Source: Alphaproteobacteria bacterium
GTDB lineage: Bacteria > Pseudomonadota > Alphaproteobacteria > CACIAM-22H2
Assembly: GCA_016793045.1 (NCBI GenBank)
Contig: JAEUKZ010000083.1
Location: 1 to 44,961 of the forward strand
Length of the DNA stretch: 44,961 bases
Reading direction: 5' to 3'
Made by a program: the position numbers and the translations under genes. Below, piece after piece: positions 9,017 to 18,298 of the stretch (position 1 is the first letter of the stretch; every line of letters starts with the position of its first letter). The notes below the pieces were generated by a model that was given only the letters and a program-made list of their open reading frames with translations, made no database searches and had not been told where the DNA came from.

Positions 9017-10351
9017 ATGCAGCAGGCCAGCGGGCGCGGGGCGTGGCTGCGAATTCTGGCCGCCACGGCCTTGACGGTTACAATCGCCGAGACGGCGATC
9101 GCGCAACCGTCCTCCGATCTTCAGACGCAGATCCGGCAGACCTACGAGCAGTTGCTGCGCGATCCTGGCAATGTGCAGCTGACGTATCGCTACGCGCAGA
9201 TGCAGATCCAGGCCGGCAACTACGAAGCCGCGGCCGGCGCGCTCGAGCAGTTCCTGATCCTCAATCCCAGCCAGCCGCAGCTCAAGTTCGAGCTCGGAGC
9301 CCTCTACGTGCGCATGGGCTCGCCGCAGACCGCGATCCCCTATCTGCGCGAAGCCGCCGCGGCGCCCGATCTGCCGGCCGAACTGCGGCCGCAGGTCGAG
9401 GCCTATCTGGCCGAGGCCGAGCGGCGCACCCGGCGCAGCCAGCTCACCGGCGACATCACCATCGGCATGCGCTACGACAGCAACGCCAATCTGGTGCCGG
9501 CCTCGAACCAGCTCTATTCGCGCGGCATCCAGGTGCCGAGCAGCGTGACGCCGCGCAGCGATTTCGCCGGCATCTTCATCGGCCGCGCCAACCACGTCTG
9601 GGACTTCGGGACGAACGACGAGACCGCGCTCGTCTCCACCGCCTACGCCTATGGCACGCGGCAGATCAACGTCGACACCTCGAACATCGCGCTGGTCGAG
9701 ATCACCACGGGCCCACGGTTCAAGCCGTTGCCCAACCTCTTCAACGGCGTGACGCTGCGCCCGCATTTCATCGCCAACGTCATCGGCCTGACCGACCGGC
9801 TCTACTCCTACACGTTCGGCGGCGGGTTCGACGTCTCGGTCCCGGTGTCGGACCGGCTCAACACCGACTTCACCTACCAGCATCGTGCGGTCGACTATCG
9901 CAACATCCCGTCGCGGCCGACCTCGACGCTCTTCAACGGCAACGAGAACCAGGTCCGCACGCGGGTGAGCTACCGCTTCCGCAACACCTGGTACGTCTAC
10001 GGCGAAATTTCGACCCGGTTCGTCAACACGGCGGTCAACTACCTCGACTTCGAGGAATACGGCGCGACGGTCGGGACAAGCTTCGAGTACACGGTCGGCT
10101 CGATGCGGCCGTGGCTGTTTTCTGGCTACGCGACCTACTACTACAGACCCTACGACGCGCCCGACCCCGCGGTCGATCCGACGCGCACGCGCCGCGAGAA
10201 CGAGATTCGCACCGGCGTCGCCAACGTGATTCCGGTCTGGCGCTCGGTCGCGCTGGTGCAGCAGGTCGACTACCTCAAGACCTTCGCCAACATTCCGAAC
10301 TACGCACGCGACAACGTCAGCGTGATGCTGGGCGCGATCTGGCGATTCTGA
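9017..10351 (+). CDS. TPR plus outer-membrane beta-barrel protein (Slam/DUF560-like)
   Basis: Signal peptide, N-terminal TPR helices, YDSNAN at the barrel start, alternating aromatic strands, C-terminal WRF. Confidence 0.72.
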   Translation: MQQASGRGAWLRILAATALTVTIAETAIAQPSSDLQTQIRQTYEQLLRDPGNVQLTYRYAQMQIQAGNYEAAAGALEQFLILNPSQPQLKFELGALYVRMGSPQTAIPYLREAAAAPDLPAELRPQVEAYLAEAERRTRRSQLTGDITIGMRYDSNANLVPASNQLYSRGIQVPSSVTPRSDFAGIFIGRANHVWDFGTNDETALVSTAYAYGTRQINVDTSNIALVEITTGPRFKPLPNLFNGVTLRPHFIANVIGLTDRLYSYTFGGGFDVSVPVSDRLNTDFTYQHRAVDYRNIPSRPTSTLFNGNENQVRTRVSYRFRNTWYVYGEISTRFVNTAVNYLDFEEYGATVGTSFEYTVGSMRPWLFSGYATYYYRPYDAPDPAVDPTRTRRENEIRTGVANVIPVWRSVALVQQVDYLKTFANIPNYARDNVSVMLGAIWRF

Positions 10352-10399
10352 GCGGCCGGGCGAGCCGGGGGCCCGCCCACACCGTCGACGGCGCGCGGG

Positions 10400-11608
10400 C
10401 TATTCCGCCGCCGCGGCGACCGCGCGTTCGGGCGCCCGCACACGATCGTCGGGGAGCAGGAAGGCGCCGATCGCGACGATGGCCGCGCAGGCGCCAAGGA
10501 TGATGAACAGCCACACGAAGTCCCCGGTCGCGCGATAGATCGCGCCGACGATCGGGATCGCCGCCGCGCTCACGCCGAGCGCGAGCACGAACTTGGCGCC
10601 GTAGGCGGTGCCGCGCCATCTCGACGGCGTGTAGTGCGCGACCATGCCGTTTTCCGCCGGCAGGCCGGTGATGTTGATGAACACCATCGCGATCGCGACC
10701 AGCAGCAGCGGCCAGCCGTCGAGGACCGCGGCGAGGAACAGCGCCGGCGTCAGCACCAGGAAGCACACGAAATAGATGCGCTTCATGCCGAAGCGGTCGG
10801 CGAGCCGCCCGCCGACATACTGCGCGCCGGAGGCGATCAGGAAGACCGTGCTGACCAGCAGGCTGATCTCGAACACGCCGAGGCCGTATTCCTGACCGAG
10901 CCGCGTCTCGAAGAACTTGGGCAGCACGAAGCTGAAGCTCGAGCCGATCAGCCCGGCGCAGGTCATGGTGACCGAGAGAATCCAGAAGGCGCGCACGACA
11001 TGTCCGCGATCGGGTTCCGGCTGCGGCTTGACGTCGATCCGCCGGTCCTCGACATGGCCGAGCCGCCACGCCGCCAGCAGCGCGAGGCCGATCGCGACCG
11101 AAACCGCGCCGGGGACGATGAACGCCGCGCGCCAGCCGGAGAGCGCGATCAGCGATCCCGCAAGCACCGGCCCGATCGCGATGCCCGCGGCGCCGAACAT
11201 GCCGTTGAAGCCGAGCGCGCGTCCGCGGTCGGTCGCCGTGCGCACCAGCCACGACATGCCGACGGGATGGTAGATCGACGCGAACAGTCCGGTCGCGGCA
11301 AGGCCGAGCGCGATCTCCCAGGGATTGTCGGCGAGGCCCGTCGCGATGGTCGCGGCGCCGAGCCCGACGAAGTAGATGACCATCATGCCCATCGTCGACC
11401 AGCGGTCGCCGAGCCATCCGGCAGGCAGCGCCCCCAGCCCGAAAAGAACGTTGCCGGCGATGAACAGGGCGATCAGTTCGTCGTAGCCGAGTCCCCAGGT
11501 CACCTCGAGCACGAGCACCACCGTCGGGAACAAGGTGGTGAGCGCGTGGTCGAGCGTGTGACCGACGTTGGAAAAGGCCTGGGCGAGCGCCTGCGACGGC
11601 TTCGGCAT
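10400..11608 (-). CDS. MFS transporter
   Basis: Motif A GWLGDRW and GRLADRFG, ASIYHPVG, about 12 hydrophobic segments. Confidence 0.9.
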   Translation of the reverse strand: MPKPSQALAQAFSNVGHTLDHALTTLFPTVVLVLEVTWGLGYDELIALFIAGNVLFGLGALPAGWLGDRWSTMGMMVIYFVGLGAATIATGLADNPWEIALGLAATGLFASIYHPVGMSWLVRTATDRGRALGFNGMFGAAGIAIGPVLAGSLIALSGWRAAFIVPGAVSVAIGLALLAAWRLGHVEDRRIDVKPQPEPDRGHVVRAFWILSVTMTCAGLIGSSFSFVLPKFFETRLGQEYGLGVFEISLLVSTVFLIASGAQYVGGRLADRFGMKRIYFVCFLVLTPALFLAAVLDGWPLLLVAIAMVFINITGLPAENGMVAHYTPSRWRGTAYGAKFVLALGVSAAAIPIVGAIYRATGDFVWLFIILGACAAIVAIGAFLLPDDRVRAPERAVAAAAE

Positions 11609-11676
11609 CGGGAATCCTCAAAGGGCCCCGCATCCTGCCATCGCCGGCCGGCGCGGACAACCGCGCCCGGCGCATG

Positions 11677-12414
11677 TCAGACCGGCAAGCCCTTGGTGGA
11701 CAAGGGTTTCGCCGCGCCGCTCGCGCCCGGTTCCGCGGCGGTCTTGGTCGCCGGCGCGCGATCGGCGCTGTAGTAGTGCCACATGAACAGGGCGGCGGCG
11801 CTGCGATAGGGCCGCCACGGTTCGGCGAGGCGGCGCAGCCGCTCCGGCGTCGGACGCTGGCGCAGCCGCTTGAGCTTCTGGACCCCGACCGCCACCGCAA
11901 GGTCGCCTGCCGGCCAGATGTCGCGCCGGCGCAGCGAGAACAGCAGATAGATCTCCGCCGTCCAGCGGCCGATGCCTTTGAGCGCGGTCAGCGCCGCGAT
12001 TGCCGGCTCGTCCTCGAGTCCGTGGATTTCGTCGAAACGCAGCCGCCCCTCCGCCACCGCCGCGGCGAGGCCGAGCGCGTAGGCCGCCTTCTGGCGCGAA
12101 AAGCCGCAGGCACGCAGCGCGTCGACGTCCAGCGCCGCGACGTGCGGCGCCTCGATGACCGGCAGCGCGGCGCCCAGCCGCGTCCAGATCCCGCTCGCCG
12201 CCGCGGCCGAAACCTGCTGGCCGACGATGATGCGCATCAGGCTGGCGAAGCCCGGCGGCCGCTCGCGCGACGGCGGCGGCCCGACCTGTTCGAGCGCCGC
12301 GGCGAAGTCCGGATCGCGCGCCGCCAGGGCGCGCAGATCGGCGGCGATCGCGCGCCGGTCGAGCGCCCCGGACGGGACGACGATTGCCGGACGCTGCGGC
12401 CGCTTCGCCTTCAT
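11677..12414 (-). CDS. alkA: DNA-3-methyladenine glycosylase II (AlkA/HhH-GPD family)
   Basis: IVGQQVS, GFSRQK, HhH motif LKGIGRWTAE, WPAGD, WRPYRS; start at MKAKRP. Confidence 0.85.
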   Translation of the reverse strand: MKAKRPQRPAIVVPSGALDRRAIAADLRALAARDPDFAAALEQVGPPPSRERPPGFASLMRIIVGQQVSAAAASGIWTRLGAALPVIEAPHVAALDVDALRACGFSRQKAAYALGLAAAVAEGRLRFDEIHGLEDEPAIAALTALKGIGRWTAEIYLLFSLRRRDIWPAGDLAVAVGVQKLKRLRQRPTPERLRRLAEPWRPYRSAAALFMWHYYSADRAPATKTAAEPGASGAAKPLSTKGLPV

Positions 12415-12424
12415 CGCCCGCCCC

Positions 12425-12946
12425 CTACACCAGCGACCGCTGCGCCTGCATGTTGAGCGAGATCGGCAGGCCCATGACCTTGAGGACGCTGGTGTCCTGA
12501 AAAAGGCCATGATCCTCGACGCGCCGGATCCGGCGGAAGCCGGCTTCCGCCAGCGCCGTCGACATCAGCCCTTCGTTGAATCCGACGTGATGGATGTCGT
12601 GCGCATCGAGATGGGCGCCGTAGATCATCGCCATCACCTGGGTCGACTGGCTCTGCGACAGCCGCGGATCGAGGTAGATCCGGCACAGCGTCGGCAGGTC
12701 GGGCACGCTGACCATCAGCCGCCCGCCGGGAACGAGGATGCGCGCGAACGACCGCAGCACCGACTTGGCCTGCTCGAGCCAGACATGCTCGAGCACGTGC
12801 GAGGCGTAGATCTCGTCGACGCTGGCATCGGCAAAGCGCCCGAGATCGAGAATGTCGCCGACGTGGTCGACATGCGGTCCGGGCACGACGTTGAAGATGC
12901 TCCAGCCGTCTTTCGGATCGGTTCCGCCGATGTTGAGCCGCAGCAC
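12425..12946 (-). CDS. Class I SAM-dependent methyltransferase
   Basis: LRLNIGG, DASVDEIYASHVLEH, RILVPGGRLMVSVPD; GTG start behind AGGGAG. Confidence 0.82.
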   Translation of the reverse strand: MLRLNIGGTDPKDGWSIFNVVPGPHVDHVGDILDLGRFADASVDEIYASHVLEHVWLEQAKSVLRSFARILVPGGRLMVSVPDLPTLCRIYLDPRLSQSQSTQVMAMIYGAHLDAHDIHHVGFNEGLMSTALAEAGFRRIRRVEDHGLFQDTSVLKVMGLPISLNMQAQRSLV

Positions 12947-13039
12947 GGCGTGCACTCCCTCGCCCGCTTCCCCCGCCGCCCGCGCGGCAAATGGCACACT
13001 AGCAATCGCTGCCCGGTATCGCCATGCTTCGGGTTGAAG

Positions 13040-13417
13040 ATGGCGCGCATTCTTCTCATCGATGACGACGACGTGTTCCGGGCCGCCGTCGCGGCCATGC
13101 TGACCGCCGCCGGCCACGAGGTCGAGGCGACGGCGAAGGGGTCCGCGGCGCTCGCCGCCCATGCGCACCGCCCCTGCGACGTCGTGGTGACCGACGTGCT
13201 GATGCCGGAGATGGACGGCATCGAGATCCTGCGCGCGCTGCGCGCCGGCGCATCGCCGCCCAGCATCGTCATGATGACCGGCGGGTCGGTGCTGCTCGGC
13301 CGCGACTTTCTCGACGCCGCACGGATGCTCGGCGCGGACGCCACCATCGCCAAGCCGTTCAACGCCGCGGACCTCGCGGCGGCGATCGACACCGCGCTCC
13401 AGGCGCGGCGCCCGTAG
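13040..13417 (+). CDS. Single-domain response regulator (CheY-like receiver)
   Basis: RILLIDDD, phospho-acceptor VTDVLMPEMDG, IAKPF. Confidence 0.9.
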   Translation: MARILLIDDDDVFRAAVAAMLTAAGHEVEATAKGSAALAAHAHRPCDVVVTDVLMPEMDGIEILRALRAGASPPSIVMMTGGSVLLGRDFLDAARMLGADATIAKPFNAADLAAAIDTALQARRP

Positions 13418-13475
13418 CGCGCGCTCTTGCCAGCGCCGCACCGGCGCGACTATCAATGCGGCGTCGAGCCAGGTC

Positions 13476-13550
13476 GCCGGGTTAGCTCAGCGGTAGAGCA
13501 GCGGTTTTGTAAACCGAAGGTCGGGGGTTCAATCCCCTCACCCGGCACCA
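13476..13550 (+). tRNA. tRNA-Thr (anticodon UGU)
   Basis: GCCGGGT/ACCCGGC acceptor stem, D-arm AGCTCAGCGGTAGAGC, loop TTTGTAA, T-loop GGTTCAATCC, encoded CCA. Confidence 0.96.
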
Positions 13551-13569
13551 TCGCGCGACGCGGCGGCGC

Positions 13570-14613
13570 TTACGGCATCAGGCCGATCGCGCGCGCCTCG
13601 GCCTCGACCGCCGGACTGATCGCGCGCGCGGCGGCGAAGTCCGCCTCTGCGCCCTGGCGGTCGCCGCGCCGGGCACGAACGGCGCCGCGCCCCCACAGCG
13701 ACATCGCCGCGCGCGGGTTGCGCTCCAGCACGCTCTGATAGTCGCGCATCGCATCGTCGAGCCGGCCGGCCCGGAAATAGGCATAGGCGCGGCTGTCGAG
13801 CACGTCGGGATCGTCGGGCGCGAGGCGCAGGGCCGCATCGCATTCGCGCAGCGCCAGGGCATGGCTGCCGAGCACGGCGCGATTCCAGCACAGCGCGTTG
13901 AGGGCGTAGACGTTGCGCGCATCGAGCTGGCTCACCAGCTCGAAATCCTCGATCGCCTTGTCGCGGCGGCCGAGCGCGGCCTGGGCGTTGGCGCGCGCGA
14001 TCACCACCGCGAGCGTGCGCGGCACGATGGCGAGCGCCGCATCGAAATCCGCCACCGCGCGCTCGTGCTGGCCGAGCGCGGCGTGCAGCAGGCCGCGGTT
14101 GAACAGCGCCGCGGGGTACTGGTCGTTGATGCGGATCGCCTCGTCGAAATCCGCCATCGCCTCGCTGCGCCGGTTGAGCGCGACGCGCGCATTGCCGCGG
14201 TTGTTGTAGGCCGCGGCGTAGCGCGGCTGGAGGCGGATCGCCTCGTCGAGATCGGCGATCGCGCGCTCGGGCTGGTTGGTGTTGAGCAGCGCATTGCCGC
14301 GGTTGTTCCAGGCGGCGGCATTGCGCGGGTCGATGCGGATCGATTCGTTGTAGTCCTCCATCGCGCGGTCGCCCTGGCCGAGCGCCGCGAAGGAAATGCC
14401 GCGATTGTTGTATGCAGCCGACAGGTTCTCGTTGGTCAGCGCCTGCGCCTGGCGGGTGATCAGCTCGCTGCACGCGGCGACGCGGATCTGCGGCCGGACG
14501 GCTTCCGACGAGCACTGGTCGGCGGGTCCACGCGGCTGCGCCGCGACCGGTCCCGCCGCAAGGAGCGTCCCGGCGATGACGGCGCAGAGGCTCGATCGGC
14601 GGCGTGTCGTCAT
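13570..14613 (-). CDS. Exported tetratricopeptide-repeat protein
   Basis: Repeated A(Y/W)NNRG...A..DFDEAIRI units; N-terminal signal-like segment from MTTRRR. Confidence 0.88.
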   Translation of the reverse strand: MTTRRRSSLCAVIAGTLLAAGPVAAQPRGPADQCSSEAVRPQIRVAACSELITRQAQALTNENLSAAYNNRGISFAALGQGDRAMEDYNESIRIDPRNAAAWNNRGNALLNTNQPERAIADLDEAIRLQPRYAAAYNNRGNARVALNRRSEAMADFDEAIRINDQYPAALFNRGLLHAALGQHERAVADFDAALAIVPRTLAVVIARANAQAALGRRDKAIEDFELVSQLDARNVYALNALCWNRAVLGSHALALRECDAALRLAPDDPDVLDSRAYAYFRAGRLDDAMRDYQSVLERNPRAAMSLWGRGAVRARRGDRQGAEADFAAARAISPAVEAEARAIGLMP

Positions 14614-14837
14614 GGCGTGTCCCCGCGTGCGCCGGCGCAATGCCGGTCCCCAAATCCTGAACGCTTCCGATATAGGGCCGCGCCGCGCGCCCGCCAAGCC
14701 GCGACCGCATGCCGGCGCACGGACTCGCACCGCGCTGTGCGATCGCCGGGCCGGCGCCGACGATTGATGCGCCGCCGCGCCGGCTGCCCCTATAGTCTGC
14801 CCTCGATTCCCGCCCCCCGCGACCGAGAGTTCAGCCC

Positions 14838-16331
14838 ATGCTCCGCCTCAAGGCCGTCGCCATCGACACTTATCACGAAAATGTCGCCTATCTCGCGCGG
14901 TCCTGCCCGCTCTATCGCGCCGAGGACTTCCTGGCGCTGTCGAAGATCGAGGTCGCGTCGTCGGGGCGGCGGATTCTCGCCACGCTCAACATCGTCGACG
15001 ACACGCGCGTGCTCGCCGCCGACGAGCTCGGCCTCGCCCAGCAGAGCTTCCGCCAGCTCGGCCTGCCCGAGGGCGCGCCGGTCGAGATCACCCACGCCTC
15101 GCCGCCGGCGAGCCTCGACCACGTGCGCGCCAAGATCGCCGGCGCGACGCTGTCGCAATCCGCCTATGCCGACATCATCCGCGACGTCACCGCCAACCGC
15201 TATTCGAAGATGGAGATCGCCGCCTTCCTGATCGCCGCCGCGAGCTTCATGACCACCGAGGAGGTGCTGAGCCTGACGCGCGCGATGGCCGCGGTCGGCA
15301 CGCGGCTCGAATGGCGCGACGGAATCGTCGTCGACAAGCACTGCATCGGCGGCATTCCCGGCAACCGCACCTCGATGATCGTGGTGCCGATCGTCGCCGC
15401 GCACGGCCTCAACATTCCCAAGACCTCGTCGCGCGCGATCACCTCGCCCGCCGGCACCGCCGACACGATGGAGGTGCTCGCGCGCGTCGACATCGGCGTC
15501 GACGAGATGCGCGAGATCGTCGGCGCGGAACACGGCTGCCTGGTGTGGGGCGGGCACGTCAACCTGTCGCCCGCCGACGACGTGCTGATATCGGTCGAGC
15601 GGCCGCTCGCGGTCGACACGCGCGAGCAGATGGTCGCCTCGATCATGTCGAAGAAGCTCGCCGCAGGCTCGACCCACCTCCTCGTCGACATTCCGGTCGG
15701 GCCGACCGCAAAGGTGCGCGACCGCGCCGACGCGGTGCGGCTGCGCAAGCTCTTCGAGTACATCGCCGGCGAGGTCGGGCTGACCATCGACGTCGTCTTC
15801 ACCGACGGCTCGCAGCCGGTCGGCCGCGGCATCGGCCCGGTGCTCGAGGCGCGCGACGCCGTGCGCGTGCTCGAGAACGCGGCCGACGCGCCCGACGACC
15901 TGCGCGAGCGCGCGCTGCTGCTCGCCGGGCGCATCCTCGACTTCGATCCCGGCCTCAAGGGCGGGCGCGGCGTCGAGCGCGCGCGCGAGCTGCTGGCGAG
16001 CGGGGCGGCGCTCGAGAAGCTGCGCCGCATCATCGCCGCCCAGGGCCCGCCGCCCGACGGCGCGACCCTGGGCGCGATGACCCGCGACATCGTCGCCGAG
16101 CGCGACGGCGTGGTCGAGGCCATCGACTGCCACCGGCTCGCGCGGGTGGCGCGGCTCGCCGGCGCGCCGACCGACAAGGGTGCCGGGGTCGACCTGTTCA
16201 AGAAGCTCGGCGACCCGGTCGCCCAGGGAGAGCCGCTCTACCGCATCCACGCCGCGTTCCCGGCCGATTTCCGCTTCGCCACCGCAATGGCCGGGAGCGC
16301 GTCCGGCTATCGCATCGGAGCCCGCGCATGA
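14838..16331 (+). CDS. Thymidine/AMP phosphorylase family protein (long, archaeal AMP phosphorylase-like type)
   Basis: 497 aa with N-terminal extension; DKHCIGGIPGNRT, PKTSSRAITSPAGTAD, ASIMSKK, DIPVG, QPVGRGIGPVLEA. Confidence 0.9.
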   Translation: MLRLKAVAIDTYHENVAYLARSCPLYRAEDFLALSKIEVASSGRRILATLNIVDDTRVLAADELGLAQQSFRQLGLPEGAPVEITHASPPASLDHVRAKIAGATLSQSAYADIIRDVTANRYSKMEIAAFLIAAASFMTTEEVLSLTRAMAAVGTRLEWRDGIVVDKHCIGGIPGNRTSMIVVPIVAAHGLNIPKTSSRAITSPAGTADTMEVLARVDIGVDEMREIVGAEHGCLVWGGHVNLSPADDVLISVERPLAVDTREQMVASIMSKKLAAGSTHLLVDIPVGPTAKVRDRADAVRLRKLFEYIAGEVGLTIDVVFTDGSQPVGRGIGPVLEARDAVRVLENAADAPDDLRERALLLAGRILDFDPGLKGGRGVERARELLASGAALEKLRRIIAAQGPPPDGATLGAMTRDIVAERDGVVEAIDCHRLARVARLAGAPTDKGAGVDLFKKLGDPVAQGEPLYRIHAAFPADFRFATAMAGSASGYRIGARA

Positions 16332-18019
16332 CCGCGCTGCACTTCCTCGGCGCCGCCGGCACCGTCACGGGATCGTCCTATCTGCTGACCACGGCGGCCG
16401 GGCGGCTGCTCGTCGACTGCGGCATGTTCCAGGGACCGAAGAGCCTGCAGGCGCTCAATTTCCGCCCCTGGCCCGTCGCGCCGGCGGAGATCGCGGCGGT
16501 GCTGCTCACCCACGCGCATATCGACCACTCGGGCCTGCTGCCGCGGCTGGTCGCCGACGGCTTCCACCGCCGCGTCCACGCGACCGCCGCAACCTGCGAC
16601 CTGCTGCGCTGGATGCTGCCGGATTCGGGCGCGATCCAGGAATCGGAAGTCGAGCGCCTCAACCGCCGCAACGCCAAGCGCGACGCGGCGCCGGTGCTGC
16701 CGCTCTACACGCTCGCGGACGCCGAGGCGGCGCTCGACCGCCTCGCGCCCGAATCCTTCGACCGCTGGTTCGAGCCGCTGCCGGGCGTGCGCGCGCGCTT
16801 CCGCAACGCCGGCCACATCCTCGGCGCCGCCTCGATCGAGATCGAGCTCGACGGCGGCCGCGCGCGCCCGCTGCGCCTGCTGTTCTCGGGCGATCTCGGG
16901 CCGCGCAACAAGTCGCTGCAATACGACCCGGCGACGCCGGGGCCCGCCGACGTGGTGGTGATCGAGGCGACCTACGGCGACCGCACGCGCCCGCGGATCA
17001 GCGAGGTCCAGCGCCGCAAGCAGCTCGCCGACGAGGTCGTCGGCGCGCTGCTGGCGGGCGGCAATCTCATCATCCCGGCCTTCGCCGTCGAGCGCACGCA
17101 GGAGCTGCTGCTCGATCTGTCGCTGCTGGTGCGCGAGGGCCGGATCCCGCCGGCACCGGTCTATCTCGATTCGCCGCTCGCACGGCGCGCGACCGAAGTG
17201 TTCGAGCGCCACCGCGACGCGCTCGAGCTGCCGGCGAACTCGCGCGACCCGTTCCGCGCCGCCAATTTCCATTTCACCGAGAGCGTCGGCGAAAGCAAGG
17301 CGATCGCCGCGGTCAAGCGCGGCGCGATCATCATCGCCGGCTCCGGCATGTGCGACGCCGGGCGGGTGAAGCATCATCTCAAGGACCACCTCTGGCGCGG
17401 CGATTCGACCGTCCTGTTCGTCGGCTACCAGGCGCCGGGCACGCTCGGCAGCCTGATTCGCGGCGGCGCGCGCCACGTACGCATCCACGGCGAGGAGATC
17501 GCCGTGCGCGCGCGTATCCGCGCGCTCGATTCCTACTCCGGCCACGCCGACCGCGACGACCTGCTGCACTGGGTCGTGCCGCTGCTCGACGGCGCAGGGC
17601 AGGTCTTCGTCACCCATGGCGAAGGCGCGGCCCTCGCGGCCCTCGGCGAGGCCATCGCGGCCGCCGGCCTGCCGCGCGGGCTGGTGACGGCGCCGTCAAT
17701 CGGCGACGGCTGGACCCTGGCACCGCCGGACGCAGACCATCCGCGCGCCCGCGCGACCGCGGCCCCGCCGATTACCGCCGGCACGGTCGCCGGCGAGGCC
17801 ACGATTGCGCTGGCCACCGGCCGGGACTGGCACAACGAATACGCCGAAGCGGTGCTCGCCCTGCGTCACGCCCTGACCGCGGCGCCCGACGACGAGGCGC
17901 GCCACGCGCTGCTGCGCCACGTCCGCAGCGCCCTCGGCCTGCCGCCGGCCGGCGCGGCATCAGGAGCCGGCAGCGGCCGGGGCGCGACGCCCCGTGACAA
18001 ATCTGTGCCAAACCAGTGA
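16328..18019 (+). CDS. MBL-fold beta-CASP ribonuclease (Ysh1/CPSF73-like)
   Basis: GAAGTVTGS, LTHAHIDHSG, AGHILG, FSGDLG, PAFAVERTQE, YSGHAD, VTHGE; ATGA overlap with the upstream stop. Confidence 0.92.
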   Translation: MTALHFLGAAGTVTGSSYLLTTAAGRLLVDCGMFQGPKSLQALNFRPWPVAPAEIAAVLLTHAHIDHSGLLPRLVADGFHRRVHATAATCDLLRWMLPDSGAIQESEVERLNRRNAKRDAAPVLPLYTLADAEAALDRLAPESFDRWFEPLPGVRARFRNAGHILGAASIEIELDGGRARPLRLLFSGDLGPRNKSLQYDPATPGPADVVVIEATYGDRTRPRISEVQRRKQLADEVVGALLAGGNLIIPAFAVERTQELLLDLSLLVREGRIPPAPVYLDSPLARRATEVFERHRDALELPANSRDPFRAANFHFTESVGESKAIAAVKRGAIIIAGSGMCDAGRVKHHLKDHLWRGDSTVLFVGYQAPGTLGSLIRGGARHVRIHGEEIAVRARIRALDSYSGHADRDDLLHWVVPLLDGAGQVFVTHGEGAALAALGEAIAAAGLPRGLVTAPSIGDGWTLAPPDADHPRARATAAPPITAGTVAGEATIALATGRDWHNEYAEAVLALRHALTAAPDDEARHALLRHVRSALGLPPAGAASGAGSGRGATPRDKSVPNQ

Positions 18020-18298
18020 TTACTTCAATATTGCCAGTATAGTCGAGTCGTCGATTCCAATTCGCGATTGCCTTTGTATGTTTCGAAGTATTCGAGTGAT
18101 TCATGCAGGGATCACGGCCCCTTGCGCTTTCTTTGATTATTTGTGGGTAAATTCGATCTAATTTTAAAGAGAAGATCGAGACATTTCATCTGTGTTGTCT
18201 AATTACTATCAATACAACCCTGCATTCAGCATTCATTAAGAGATTGTGGGTATCCTCGCCTCACGTTCCGAAACTCCCGATTCGTGAGGGGAGATGCG

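Noticed and set aside
12155-13039. 420-aa ORF implying a long N-terminal domain on the response regulator
   Set aside because: The upstream part is antisense to alkA and the methyltransferase; the receiver starts at 13040
13476-13550. tRNA-Thr as integration site of a genomic island
   Set aside because: No integrase, no duplicated tRNA 3' end seen, and no obvious compositional shift downstream
15311-16327. 902-aa ORF suggesting a large N-terminal fusion to the beta-CASP nuclease
   Set aside because: The extension is an off-frame, Arg-rich shadow of the phosphorylase gene; the real start is the ATGA overlap at 16328
17996-18012. Minus-strand TTGGCACAGATTTGTC as a sigma54 promoter
   Set aside because: The -12 GC is absent or mis-spaced and it points antisense into a CDS
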